A model generated the notes under the pieces. That model was not told the origin of the DNA, did not search any database, and saw nothing but the letters and a program-made list of their open reading frames with translations. Of a stretch of DNA of 64,000 nucleotides, positions 35,936 through 49,000 are shown piece after piece. The position numbers were made by a program, and so were the translations under genes. Source of the stretch: Iphione sp. A-MEVVRFRX5 (taxonomy: Eukaryota); assembly GCA_976226885.1 (NCBI GenBank), contig OZ320315.1, forward strand, positions 97,216,001 through 97,280,000, read 5' to 3'. Each line of letters starts with the position of its first letter. Within the stretch, counting starts at the first letter, position 1.

Positions 35936-38738
35936 CTAGTAATTTTTTTCTGACAGGTTAAGAGATGTAATGCTCGTACATGTGGTGAACTCCTTTTGGT
36001 CTACAATATTTCTGAACATGGGATCGAGCTTGTTCCATAGTTCAGCCCCTCCATATGTCACACCTTTTCTATATATATCTAGTTTGGGCATTGCCTGGTA
36101 GATTATTGGTCCATCTGCTGATCTAGTGACTGTCTCTGTATTCAGAGGCAGTAGATTAATTTTGACAGCTCTATGCATAGTATTTAGAATAATTTGTTGT
36201 CTTCTGGCAAAGGTACTTGTAAATCTAAATTGATGGTGCAGATCTTTGGTATGTATATCTCGTGTTCTCAGTACCTTCTTACTTTGCATTCTGAAGATTA
36301 ATCTCAGAGCTCTATTTTGCATCATCTGGATTCTGTCTTATGCTCTATTGGAACATGTTGTCAAGAACATTGTGCTATAGTCTAACAATGGTTGTATAGT
36401 GGCTTTATAGATCATTAATGCAATATCTACTGATATACATCCTTTGATTGTATGTAGTAGATAGGTCTTTTTAGACAGTTTTTTACACAGAATGTTTGCT
36501 TCAATGTCAAATTTGAGTTTCTTGTCAATGGTCACTCCCAGGTACTTGTGGGTGTCGACCTGTTCCATTCGTCTTCGATATAACGATACAGAAAGCTCAC
36601 TGTTTTCAGCACATCTACCAATAAGCATCACTTTGGATTTGTTAGTACTTATTGCTAATTTATTGTTATTACACCAGTTTTCCAGTTGTGAACAAGCAGA
36701 ATTCAGCTTAGAATTGAGATCTTCTAGTGAATTACTCATTGTATAAATGATTGTGTCATCAGCAAACAATACAACTGGTTCATTAATGAACCTAGTTATC
36801 CCATTAATATACAGGGAAAACAGGAGTGGACCTAGTGTGGAGCCTTGTGGAACTCCACAATTGACCGGTAGCAACCCAGACAATACTCTCTGATACCTCA
36901 TGCTCAAGAAACCATTTAATAGTGCATTCATTAAACGCATATTCAGACTTTAATTTATCAAGCAATTGACAGTGATTCACTGTGTCGAATGCTTTTTTCA
37001 GATCTATAAATATAAGGCCAGACAGTTTATTTTCATTTATAGCATTGTATTGATCATATAAAACCTTAATAATTGCTGAATGTGTTGATCTTTGGTGTCT
37101 GAAACCGAATTGCACCTGAGCAAGCAACGAGTTCTCCTCAAGGTAGGTATATAATTGTTTCGTAAATAGAGGTAACAGAGAAATTGGTCTGTAGTTAGTT
37201 GGGTCCAGTGATGAACCTCCCTTGTGCAGTGGAATAACTGTTGCTGTCTTCCAGCTAGCTGGTATATCTGATAGTTCGATCGAACGGTTGAAGAGTTGTG
37301 TTAGATGATTAATCGACTGACCCAATATAATTTTCAATATTCTGGTATTTATTTGATTTATACTTGAGGCCTTATTAATATTAATCTTCTGAACTAACTT
37401 TACTACTTCTGACTGTTCAAATTCTTTTATGTCAAACTTGGCAATAGTAGCTGGAATAGGGGTATGGATAAGGGCACTACCGGTTGGAGGAGGAACAGAG
37501 TTCATTATATTGAGACCACAGGCAGATAAATGATTATTGAATACCTCAGCAGCTGACAAGTGAGTATCTTCAGTGTCAGGCAGTTTTATGGTACATTTAG
37601 TTGTATGATTTGTTCCCAGGATAGATTTCAGAGTATGCCACATCTTTCCTGGACATCCTTTATTCTTACTGATCACGTTTCTTACATAAAATTCTTTATG
37701 CAATCTAACACTCTTTATCACATCATTACGGAGTTTTCGTGCTATGTTCCAGGTGTCTGCATCTTTTCTTTCTTTTGCTTTTCTGAGGTAGTAGTTCTTT
37801 AGCCTTATCTGTTTCAAGAGTTGGTTAGTAATCCAGGGATTAGATTTGCTGTTGAATTTTCTCTTTTTCATAGGAAAAAATTTATTAGCAACAGAGTGTA
37901 TCCATACTTCTTCAATGTTGTTGCTGTTGTATAATTGATACCAATTTAGCCCATTGATGTAGTCACGGATATCGCTGGGTTCATAATTGGAATAGCCAGT
38001 TCTAAAATGGACTGGTTTGTCATTATTTTCTATTCTAGAGTTCTTATTCTTTTTCTTAATCAAGAAGGTCACATAATGGTCTGATAGGTTTGGATCTAGT
38101 ACCCCAGCTTTACTAACATATCTAATATTCGAGACATCAATCAAGCTACTGTTCTCTTTGGATTCTCTTGTTGCATCATGGATATGTAGTTTGAGAACAA
38201 ACGATTGAAGTAGTTCAGAAACATTTTTACTGACCCTACTCGAATCCTGTGACATGTCAATATTGATATCCCTTATTACTAAGATATCCTTCTTGTTATC
38301 AAAGCTTTGAAGTGTATCTCGTAGTGATTGAAGAAATACCGGTACAGATCCAACAGGCAGTCTGTAGCAGTTCATAATAACCATTTTTTTCTGATTTGGA
38401 GGTGATAGCAAGGTGCACTGTAGTTCAATATTCTGGTTATTAATAGTCAGATTACTGTAAGTGTCAGTATCTTTTTCATATTTGCTGTACAGTATCAGTC
38501 CTCCTCCACTTTTTGAGGGTTGATTGGAATAGTTTTTGTCAGATCTGGACTTGTAGTAACCTTCAATTTCAACCATATTATTTGGCATACGAGGGGTAAG
38601 CCATGGTTCTTGGATACACATAACATCTATATTAGTACGTGAGAGGAAGACTGTAACTGCAGCTAACTTACTATAGAGTGAGCGTATGTTCAGCTGGCAT
38701 ATTTTTATGCCCTTTTCATTCTTCATCAAGTCAATCAT
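35936..38738 (-). pseudogene. LINE ORF2 (APE-RT), few frameshifts; 644 aa open
   Basis: CQLNIRSL, CIQEPWL, GGGLILY, LSDHY, YRPISLL, QFGFRHQRST, DLKKAFD, GVPQGSTLGP, FADD, HKYLGVTID. Confidence 0.94.
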
Positions 38739-39077
38739 TTTTGATATGACTATCTGAACAGTCTACACAGATTTTGACTCTAAAACTAATATTGGTGGAC
38801 TGCGTAACACTAGAGGAGATAGTCTTGATAGAAGATGTAGGTGTAACTCTAAACAAAAGTCGGTGATTCATGATGTAAAACTGGTGAGAAATCAAATAAG
38901 TTTCTTAAATTGTTTATTGGTTGGCACGCTCCTTCTATTCCGCGTATGGTACAAGTCGGATTGAACAGTATCTGTACATTTTACCAGCAGAGTTGCTATA
39001 TGTGTTGCCATAGATAATTGATTTATTACAGGCCTGATGTAAAATAATTCACTCAGGTTCTTTGACCTAACTGGTGG

Positions 39078-39290
39078 TAAATTAATTCACCCCAGGTATC
39101 ACAATAAAGAAGTGGTTTTATACAGAGTAAATTAATTAACCCTGAAAGCCAATGGTGATTATTGCCAGTGATAAAGTGATTCATCACTGTTACAAGAGAG
39201 TGGTTTTATTCAGAGTAGAATAATTTTAGCTCCGAAGGGCCACATGGTGATTATTAACAGTGATAAAATAATTCACCACGGTTACATCAG
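39078..39290. repeat. ~93-bp tandem repeat (about 2.3 copies) in the hydrolase-ORF2 spacer
   Basis: GTGGTTTTAT(A/T)CAGAGTA and ATGGTGATTATT..CAGTGATAAA each occur twice about 93 bp apart. Confidence 0.7.
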
Positions 39291-39314
39291 AGGTGGGCAG
39301 GAAGAGACAAAGGA

Positions 39315-40001
39315 TTAATTCCTGTGTGCTGCCTTTATGAATTTGTTGGCCCAGTAGATTGTTGTTTCCATTGTTGGGTGTAGGCCGTCATACAGCTTAT
39401 TAAAAAATGCCCTGTATCTCCTTTTCTTTCCATGATAACCATGGACTGGAGCTTCAACCCATGCAGATGTCACATCTTCATAGTGATTAGCCTTGATTAT
39501 TAAGTTGTTAATTTTCTTGATACCATTGATAAATGAGCGTTGGGCCTCTTGTGTAATTGGCTCATACTCATTACCTGTCGTTACATACGCATTGTACTTA
39601 TTAAAGTCAATTGCCGTGATCGGACACCACACTATTTTGGGCAGGTCACTCATTTCCCTCATACGTTGTGTATGCATACGAAAAAGACCTGAATAATATT
39701 GAAAAATGTCATCAGAGGCTATGAATCTCGGTACAGATCTCATTGAGGGTGATTCTCGTTTTACCAGATCACATATTCCACTAAAAATAAATATCAGGTG
39801 GAACTAGGTAATGCTTGAGTCATTGTAAATGTCCTTTGTAATGCGATGAAGGTCACCTCCAGGAAATACCCTGACCTCATACTTGGTATTAGACTCATCA
39901 ATGTTGTTTAGTGTCTCCTCCAGACCTCTGCCTCTCGAGTCCGATAGGATCAGTACCTGGCTTGGCTTAGGTGGGTATGGTGGCTCCGCCTGTAGTTACA
40001 T
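39315..40001 (-). pseudogene. SGNH hydrolase ORF with in-frame stops
   Basis: QVLILSDSRGRGL, VFPGGDL, IFSGICDL and KLYDGLHP. Confidence 0.85.
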
Positions 40002-40039
40002 GGAGAGACAAAGGGAACCTCAGATATTGATATATGTGA

Positions 40040-41366
40040 TTAAAGGGTGTCTCTTATTTCCATCCATAATTTACCAAGGAGATTCTCTCCAGTAAATTTG
40101 TTTGAACGAAGACTTTTGGATGTTATGTTGCTACCTGCTCCTAAGAGCTTATCAATAGACGCATGGATCAGAGTTTTCTTCTCTGTGTCAATTAGAAATT
40201 GTTTTACCTCTGGATTGCTATTTGCTTTCAAGATCAGAAGTTGTTTCAATGTCTTACCATCGTATTTCTCCGTTTTTTTCGGCTTGGGAAGTGATTCACT
40301 GATCGTTTTCACCTGTTCTGTTGTGGTTGACTCTCTGACTTGTTTCGCTAGGTCAGTGTGACCACAGCTACTGGCCTGCTTGTATACCAGGGCGTGTGTG
40401 ACCGTTGGTAATATTACATCATCGATTTTGATTGGAGACCTGTGCTCGTTTGAAAGTGGTGAATTCTCACTTTCAAAATAAACGTGTGTATTGGTCACAA
40501 TCGATTTTGCTGCTTTGAGATTCAATTCCTTAGGTAGTAAATTAATCTGAGAGTGGTGGTACTTTTTTCCATCTAATGTGATGTTAAGCCCCAAAACTGC
40601 CGATTTATATCCTTTGTGTCTCGCTAGACTAGCCAATGCTTTGAGATCCCTTTGAATTTTTATTCCATCCTGTGGTAGGTCTTCACTAAGCCACGTTGAA
40701 GACTGATTTTTCATAAGGTTAAACCTATTCTTGAAAATATCATCCCTAATTTGTACTGATACAAAATGAACAGCAATTGAACCAGGTTTACCTTTGCTGA
40801 TCTGATGCACATTAGCAATGCTTGATTCATTGAAGTTGGCAAGGATGTTTTTTAGAAGATCAGTGACCTGTTTTTTCAGGGGAACATTTGGTTTGATATC
40901 CATCCCATGAATAATAAGATTGGCCCTTCTTCCCTTTACCTCCCTGTCAAGTTGAGAGTTTGACTTCAGGTAACTGAGATTTGAGTGCTTCATTATCCTT
41001 CCTAAGCAGACTAATCTCGTTTTGTGCTGCTCTTAGTTCTGCTCTTAGGCTGTCAATTGAGGAATGAACATCAGAGAATGCAGTGGAATTATCAGATGTG
41101 TTAGACAGCTTCTTATTGTTGGTGGAAATATTTGGGGAACTTATCTGCATGGCACCATGCTCGCTGGTGTGGTCCGAGTGGTCAGCAGTTTTGTTGACCG
41201 GACTCCCCAGTGTGGGCGACCAGTTGTTGGTGCAACAGCTACCCTCGGGCATCGAATTATGGACCGACTGGTCACTCTTACAAGTCGATTGGTCACTCTT
41301 GGCCCTTGTGGTTTTCTTTTTTCCAGCCATTTTCCACCTTGTTTTGGAACTGTTTGCAGTCTTCAC
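40040..41366 (-). pseudogene. LINE ORF1 (coiled coil, RRM, CTD, divergent NADAR), one frameshift near 40990
   Basis: RRANLIIHGMD and WLSEDLP. NADAR: FESENSPLSN, PTVTHALVYKQA, IDKLLGAG, TGENLLGKLWMEIRDTL. Confidence 0.87.
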
Positions 41367-42599
41367 ACCGTAATTCTATCCCAGAGAGAGTGGGTTGTGA
41401 AATATCGTGGTGTTTACACTGTATATTATTAGAAGGAATACCGGAGCGTGCCAACTGTACGTCTAACCACTACAGCGCCATTTGTTAAGATGGATGTTAA
41501 GATGAATTTTAATCCACCTTAAGGCTGTAGCCAGGGACATAATGCTATATGAATACTGCTTGTGCTACAGCATTCACACTTACCAGGCCACATACACTTG
41601 GGAGTTTCTTCCACGTGTGTCCTATCATTTGTTGAGGTCTCTGCATCCATTATGGCGTGTACAACCTGAGAGGAGGCAATTTGCTGCCAGTGACCATCTT
41701 GAATGCACACTGATGTGACAAGCTGGTGCGACACGGGGCCAACGTCAGGGGTGTTTTGTTCCTGCCTCATGTCCATTACAGCACAGCCTTGCCAAGTTCC
41801 CACCTCAGCTGCATATAGACATTGACAATGTCGGACATGGCAACAAGCATGCATCACCCAGGGGGTTGGGGAAGGGGTGAGTAAGGTACACAAATTGGCC
41901 ACACCATTACACAAGGATGGGTACCCAAGCTATGTTACAAGTACTATGCACGTTACGAAACTTTTTATGCCCATGCCAAAACTGAATTAGTCAACATTAC
42001 AACATTACAAGATCTACGACTACATCCAATGCTACACTTGTATAATGACAACATGTTATACAACACAGCCAATCACCGAAAGTTGTTGCCAACCGAGGGT
42101 GGTGCATAGCAACTGATGTGCCCTCAGTTGCTGTGCTCTCAGATGCCGCTGGTGTCACCACTATATGTGGCATGGTTTGTGGCATGGTTTGTGGCATGTC
42201 AGCTAGATCCTGAGAGGAAACAACACATGCTCAGTCAAACATTTTTTGTAACATGTGGTTGTTATTCTGGCAAGCACTCATAACACAATGAATATCAGCA
42301 GTGAGGTGAGCATGCGATGGTGCATCTCTTGTCGGCTCAGGTGCCTGACAACCAAGTAATTTTATATAGGTGATGTTTTCAAAAGATTTCAAAAAGGGGC
42401 CACTGGTGGTTGCCCCCGGCGGTGGTTGATGGTCACTGATGGTGAGCACTGGCGGTGGTGGATGGCCACTGGTGGTGGCTTCAGGCAGCAGGGTACCAGT
42501 GGGATGGGACGTGTGTGATGGCACTTGACAACCAAGTAACTTTTATATAGGTGACACGCTAGCTGATGGTCTGTTGTAAAGAGCTGTGCTCTTTCATTT

Positions 42600-43400
42600 C
42601 AGTATATAGTGGATAGTCTGTAAAGAGCTGTGCTTTTAGTATATAGTGGGTTACTAACCTGTTTGTGTAGTGGAAGCCACCTGATCACCAGCAGTGCGGT
42701 ACGAGTGGGCTGGGATGTGTGCCCCTCTGCTTCTTCCTCCCTGTGTGGCTGTCGGTCTGTACTGCAATGTGGTAATAGGTGATCATGTGTCATTAGGCTC
42801 AATGTTCTCTGAACAGGTTAATATGGGTTTAAACATTGTACACCCCACAACAAAAAATAACGTTATGTTAATGTAACATTATGCATCATTCCTAAGTTAA
42901 TGCTACAGCGTTGGTCTTGTGTAGGGGAATACTAAAAATACCTCCATTATTGGCCTGTTTCATTGTTAAACCCGTTCGTCTCCTGTTGATCTAAAGGAAA
43001 CATAAGAATGGCCAACATATGTAACTGGTCTTCACACATTCATAATCACATTGAACTCATAGATAATCCATTAACTCTACCTTACCAGTTCATCATATCT
43101 GAACCCTGACGAAGAAGTAACTTTATAGAGGTGACATGCTAGCTCTTTCATTTTAGTATATAGTAGGTTCTTACCTGTTTGCAGAATGGAAGGCGCCTAA
43201 TCCCAGGCAGTGGGGTAGGAGGAGGCTCCTCCCTGTGTGGGTGCCGGTCTGTAACACAATGTGGTAATAGGTGAATCATGTGTCATTAGGCTCAATGTTC
43301 TCTGAACAGGTTAATATGGGTTTAAATGTTGTATAACATACACCCCACGACAAAAAGTAACATTATGTCAGTGAGATAACGTTATGCGTCATTCAACGCT
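42600..43400. repeat. Local duplicated segments
   Basis: About 42660-42880 is similar to 43170-43390, and about 42925-43060 is similar to 44168-44330 (which leads into the satellite). Confidence 0.75.
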
Positions 43401-44237
43401 ATGGCATTATCTTATGTATAGTACTCAGCGTTATGTTATGTACAGTGCGTAACTTTTGTTCTCATGCAGATCTTCGTATCAGTGTTGAATGCAACCAGTC
43501 TTAAAACAGTATTAAAGCCATTGTATTTTGTGTTGAGTCACCATGTGAATAAAGTGGATCTTATCATTGATACCTTGAGAGACCCTGGATGCCGGGTGTC
43601 AGTGATGTCATGATACTAAAAGATTTTATGACTCATTGTATTGTAATGTGAAGAATGGCAATATCAGGTGCTGCCATTGGCTAGTGAGGTATGAAAGCTT
43701 TGCACTCTGACACTATTGTCAGAATTGTTAGAATCGGCCTGCTCCTCAACCTCTACTTCCTCCTCACTGCTTTCTCACCTGCACTGCCGTCAGCCTTTGG
43801 TCCTGCTTGCAGGTTGTTCTTGGCGCCCTACCAGACCCTGCCCATCCTGTTGCAGCTGTTGTCACTGCAGCGCAGCATCCAAACATTGCCATCGCATGGA
43901 AAACACTAATTGACCAATCTGGGGTCACGAGACAGGTGGCCTAAGGACACCTTTCTAATGTAGGTAGGGGGCCTAAGGACAGCTTCCTGAATTGGTACAT
44001 ATCTACAGAATACATTGATTGATATAAAAACCAAGTATTCTCCTTATGTTAAATGCCTCATTAACTGTATTAGATGTGATCATTTAGTATTACTCTTCGA
44101 AATAAAACAGTCCAGACACAAGGTGAAATTGATGAAGATCCCTTCAGGTATGTCTTTTGATTGGGTAGGGGAATACTAAAAATACCTCCATTTTTCTTGG
44201 CCTGTTTTGCTGTTTGGGAATATGTTTGTCTCCTAGT

Positions 44238-45512
44238 GATCTATAGGAAACAAAACAAGGATGGTCAACATATGTAACAGGTCTTTCATAACCATTCATA
44301 ACCACATTGAACTCATAAATAATCCATTGATGACATGCCAAACAACATCACACACAATACATATGTAATCCATAGCCAAGTCATTGTGTGAATCCTACAT
44401 GACAGTAAGTACCTATACCTATATATGCATGCATTTTTACAATAACCTGTTGTGCTCATGTTGATCTGTTCCGAGGTTGCGCTCATGTTGATCTGTTCCA
44501 AGGTTGCGCTCATGTTGATCTGTTCCGAGGTTGCGCTCATGTTGATCTGTTCCGAGGTTGCGCTCATGTTGATCTGTTCTGATGTTGCGCTCATGTTGAT
44601 CTGTTCCGATATTGCGCTCATGTTGATCTATAGGAAACAAAACAAGGATGGTCAACATCTGTAACAGGTCTTCATACATTCATAACCACATTGAACTCAT
44701 AAATAATCCATTGATGACATGCCAAACAACATCACACACGATACATATGTAATCCATAGCCAAGTCATTGTGTGAATCCTACATAACAGTAAGTACCTAT
44801 ACCTATATATGCATGCATTTTTACACTAACCTGTTGTGCTCATGTTGATCTGTTCCGATGTTGCGCTCATGTTGATCTGTTCTGATATTGTGCTTATGTT
44901 GATCTGTTCTGATGTTGCACTCATTTTGATCTGTTCTGATGTTGTGCTCATGTTGATCTGTTCCGATGTTGCACTCATGTTGATCTATAGGAAACAAAAC
45001 AAGGATGGTCAACATCTGTAACAGGTCTTCATACATTCATAACCACATTGAACTCATAAATAATCCATTGATGACATGCCAAACAACATCACACACGATA
45101 CATATGTAATCCATAGCCAAGTCATTGTGTGAATCCTACATAACAGTAAGTACCTATACCTATATATGCATGCATTTTTACACTAACCTGTTGTGCTCAT
45201 GTTGATCTGTTCCGATGTTGCGCTCATGTTGATCTGTTCTGATATTGTGCTTATGTTGATCTGTTCTGATGTTGCGCTCATTTTGATCTGTTCTGATGTT
45301 GTGCTCATGTTGATCTGTTCCGATGTTGCACTCATGTTGATCTATAGGAAACAAAACAAGGATGGTCAACATCTGTAACAGGTCTTCATACATTCATAAC
45401 CACATTGAACTCATAAATAATCCATTGATGACATGCCAAACAACATCACACACAATACATATGTAATCCATAGCCAAGTCATTGTGTGAATCCTATATGA
45501 CAGTAAGTACCT
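44238..45512. repeat. Higher-order tandem repeat: ~357-bp units, each containing a 27-bp sub-array
   Basis: GATCTATAGGAAACAAAAC starts at 44238, 44625, 44982 and 45339 (periods 387, 357, 357). The sub-repeat CTCATGTTGATCTGTTCCGA(G/T)GTTGCG occurs 6, 5 and 5 times plus a partial copy. Confidence 0.96.
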
Positions 45513-45689
45513 GTGGCTCACCGCCATTTGCTTCTTTGTTTACATGCTTTAGTAGTGTGCTGTACCCAATTCTGAGGAATTTGTTTTCAATTAGGCCTCT
45601 CACTTCTGTCTCAACATTAGTTCTTGGTATGGGAGATTGATGGGCTATTTTATGGGTTCGCTTTTGCATTGTCACATATTTTGAGTCAA

Positions 45690-46075
45690 GACTAGGCCAT
45701 ACTCGGTAGTCGGTAGTAATATGCCTCAAGGCAATTATATCGGTGTCTCCAAGCATATTTTCCCTCGTATGTATTATGTTGCCTACGTTCAGAGTCATCA
45801 CTCCGTTAGCAATGTTAAACTCACAAATGATCCTATTCAGCCGCATCACTGAGCCGTTGAATTTTTCCTGGTATCTGGCCGCTGTATCTGACATCGGAGT
45901 ATAATTGTTGGCAATCATGTTGTAATCAAGGTAACTCATGCCGAATGTGGTGCAGAATACAATCTGCACATCTGGCACTTCCTGTAAGAAGGCCTCACTT
46001 TGCTCAATTAAAATTTGACGCACACCAGAGACACATTCCTATATGTTGTCATAATGCAGGAGAACATGCCTTATT
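45690..46075 (-). pseudogene. Orphan C-terminal part of an SGNH hydrolase ORF
   Basis: QIVFCTTFGMSYLDYN...FNGSVMRLNRIICEFNIANGVMTLNVGNIIH aligns with the C-terminal halves of the other hydrolases. The DxxH region is frameshifted or unclear. Confidence 0.6.
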
Positions 46076-46089
46076 GATCCTCTTCCATC

Positions 46090-49000
46090 TAGAATAGAAT
46101 AGAATAGAATAATGCTTTATTCACATCTCTTGTCATACAACATGAGGTCTTCCGGCGAGGCCGCAGGGTGAATAGGTAACTTATATACATTAATGACATT
46201 TCTACAAGTATAATAGTACATGTCAAAAATTTGGTAATAAATTGGATCAAAAATGCACATACAGAGAGTAGTACAATTCAATACTATGGTATATGGAGTA
46301 GTAGCTGTTTTTTGGAGTCAGTGCGTAAATGCAAGGAGTAATGCAGTTTGACTCTCTTACTCGATTACGAGTCATCTCCGTGCTTGTTCTTAAGCATGGT
46401 CTTGAATCTATGTGAACATGGCTCTGCCCTATGGGGAGCATCAAGGCCATTCCATTTTTCTACACTACAGTACCAGAAACAGTTCTTTGTCTTGGCAGAC
46501 CTTGGCTTATATAGCTTCAATGTTGGCCCTAAACTGGTTCTTGTCAATCGTCTCTTCTTTTCTGGGGGACAGATACCTAACTGGACTAGTTTATATACTA
46601 GCATGATTCCTTGCGTTGTTCCACGTTCTTCCAGCGAGGTTATACCTAGACTTCATCTTAGGGATTTTGACGACACGGGACTTCTTGGATTACATAGTAC
46701 CACTCTTCTCAGTAAGTTGTTATATTCGATTTGCATCTCTGATACTATCTTTTGGCTTCCCCCAATTATATGACACAGGCAATAGTAAAAAATTGGATCA
46801 ATGAACGCTCTAAACAACCATGCACGATCCTTAAGCTTTAAAACATTGGTGACTCTGGCTAGGCCATAACCTCGCTGCCTAGCAATCCTCCTAGTGTGTT
46901 TTACTTGTGCTTTCCAGGTCAGACCTTCATCTAATTGATATCCTAGGAAAGTTGCTTCGTGGCTCATTTCTATAGCCTTATTGTTAAGTTGCAGGTCTAA
47001 GTCAATCTTTGGTCCTTTTCCGAAAACTATGTAATGACTTTTCTGGGGATTCAGGACCAAACCGACCCTTTCACACCACTTTACTACATCTGTCAGACTT
47101 CGCTGTAATTTTAGCCATAGACTCATTAAGTTCGGTGACTGACAGTATATCGTGATGTCGTCTGCGTACAACATCACTTTCCCTATGGCTAGGGCTTTTG
47201 GTAGTGAATTCATGACTATACTAAAGAGAAGAGGGCCCAAGTGGCTCCCCTGGGGAACCCCTTGGGCAATAGTACACAACCCTGATCTGACACCATTACA
47301 GCTAACAAATTGATTGCGGTTGGTTAGGTATGACACGATCCAGCTTAAGGTATGTATTGCCAATCCTGATTTAGTGAGACATTTGACAATATATCTATGG
47401 TTTACTATGTCGAAAGCGGCAGTAAGGTCTAAAAAAATGCAACCAAAATGATTCCCTCTTTTAATTACCTCTGAGCATTCTTTCATTAACAAACCCATTG
47501 CTGTTGATGTACCCCTCCCTTTACAAAAACCGTGTTGTTCACAAGCCATCTGATTGGTTACCTCTAAATATTCTGACAACTTTTCATGTACATGTCCCTC
47601 TACGATTTTTCCCATATTTGATAAAATAGAGATCGGCCTGTAATTCTCCTTTTTGTCAGATGGTTTCTTTTTTAACAACAGGCTAACCCTCACGGTCTTC
47701 CATGCCGGTAAGAAATAACTATGTGAAAGCCCTATATTTACCACTGCAAGGAGTCAGTAAACACATGATGGTGTCCTTGAGGACTATAGTCGGAACACCT
47801 TCTATACCACTTGATTTTTGTTCATTTAGTCTTATAGCTCTCCTTCGTATTAACGGAACATCCCAGCTCGACACCTTGGGTGTATTTTTGACAATCACTA
47901 ACTTACTGGATGCAGCTTTACCAAGCATTGCAGCCTCCTGTATGAAGAAATCATTTAGGATTTATGGACTATCGTTAGGCTCGAGACACACCCCCCCTGC
48001 TAGAATGATCGGATCCCTGGCCTTCATGTTACCTAACACTGTTTCGTTTATCACTCCCCAATACTCCTTTGGAGTTCTGCACTGATCCAATTTTCTTTGA
48101 GTGTACTCCCTCTTTGCTCGCTTAACCAGGACAATTACCATTTTTCTATAAAATTTTCCAATTCGAAATGAGTCAGTACTCCCCGTCTGAACGGGGAATT
48201 GATACTTTCTCTGTAATATTACATATGCCACCGAGCACAATCACATAACGGAAAAAATGATTCCTGCATAAAGAGATTGCTGAATCAACTAAATATTCAT
48301 ATCCCTTGCCTGGAAACACACACACTGCTGTTGCACTGTCACTCAGCAAATCCAGATTGTATCGTAACCACTTACCACGGCTTTGTAGCCGGGTAAAGAC
48401 TTAGAGTTCCTCAGGGCTGCACATGTACGTATCCCGGTGCTCCAGTATTCGTCCTTAGTGAGAACCAAAATATCGCGTTGTCCCGAGCTCTGTAACTCCG
48501 TCAGTAATTTCTTGTCCTGGAAAAGCTTTTCACGAGCCAGTGATAGCATTACCTCATCCATTGAGTCTTCCCATGTCTTCGTACAAGGTATTTTCTGTGC
48601 ATGTTTTCCAATTTTACCTGGTGTCTTTGCTTTCACAATCTCCTGCGCTATTCGATCTTGATTACAATGCCTCGCCTTTTCCCAACTGTATGCATGCATC
48701 ACAGAACGAATATAGTGACCCTTCCACAGGAAATCGCTATGGTAGCCTGGTGCTAACTGGTCATACTCAAAGTCGACCAAGAAAGCATTGTTACATAATG
48801 CCTCGTCATGCTCGGGTGGTAGTGTACGCACCTTGGGAGTGTTAGATTCTTCGATACGTATCGAGCCGCCTCGTCCAAGTACCATTCTAGCACCATCCGT
48901 TGCTTGAATCACTTTCGTTGGCAATGGTGGGAACTCTATATCCTCATCTTCAGATGCAGAATCTATATTACTCTCAGATTGACTGATCACATCCATATCC

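Larger units (their letters stand above)
35702..41481 (-). mobile_element. Near full-length three-ORF LINE with a (TTA)n tail
   Basis: ORF1 41366-40040, hydrolase 40001-39315, ORF2 38738-35936; AATAAA plus (TTA)n at 35705-35740; 5' motif at 41459-41481. Confidence 0.92.

Noticed and set aside
38918-41458. Inverted repeat GGAGCGTGCCAAC bracketing ORF1 plus hydrolase, suggesting a mobile cassette
   Set aside because: Only a 13-bp exact core plus a gapped 6-mer, which is expected by chance in 64 kb, and it is not seen in the other copies.
41459-41481. tRNA or tRNA-derived SINE head (TAGTGGTTAG resembles a D-arm A-box)
   Set aside because: No B-box, anticodon arm or cloverleaf follows.
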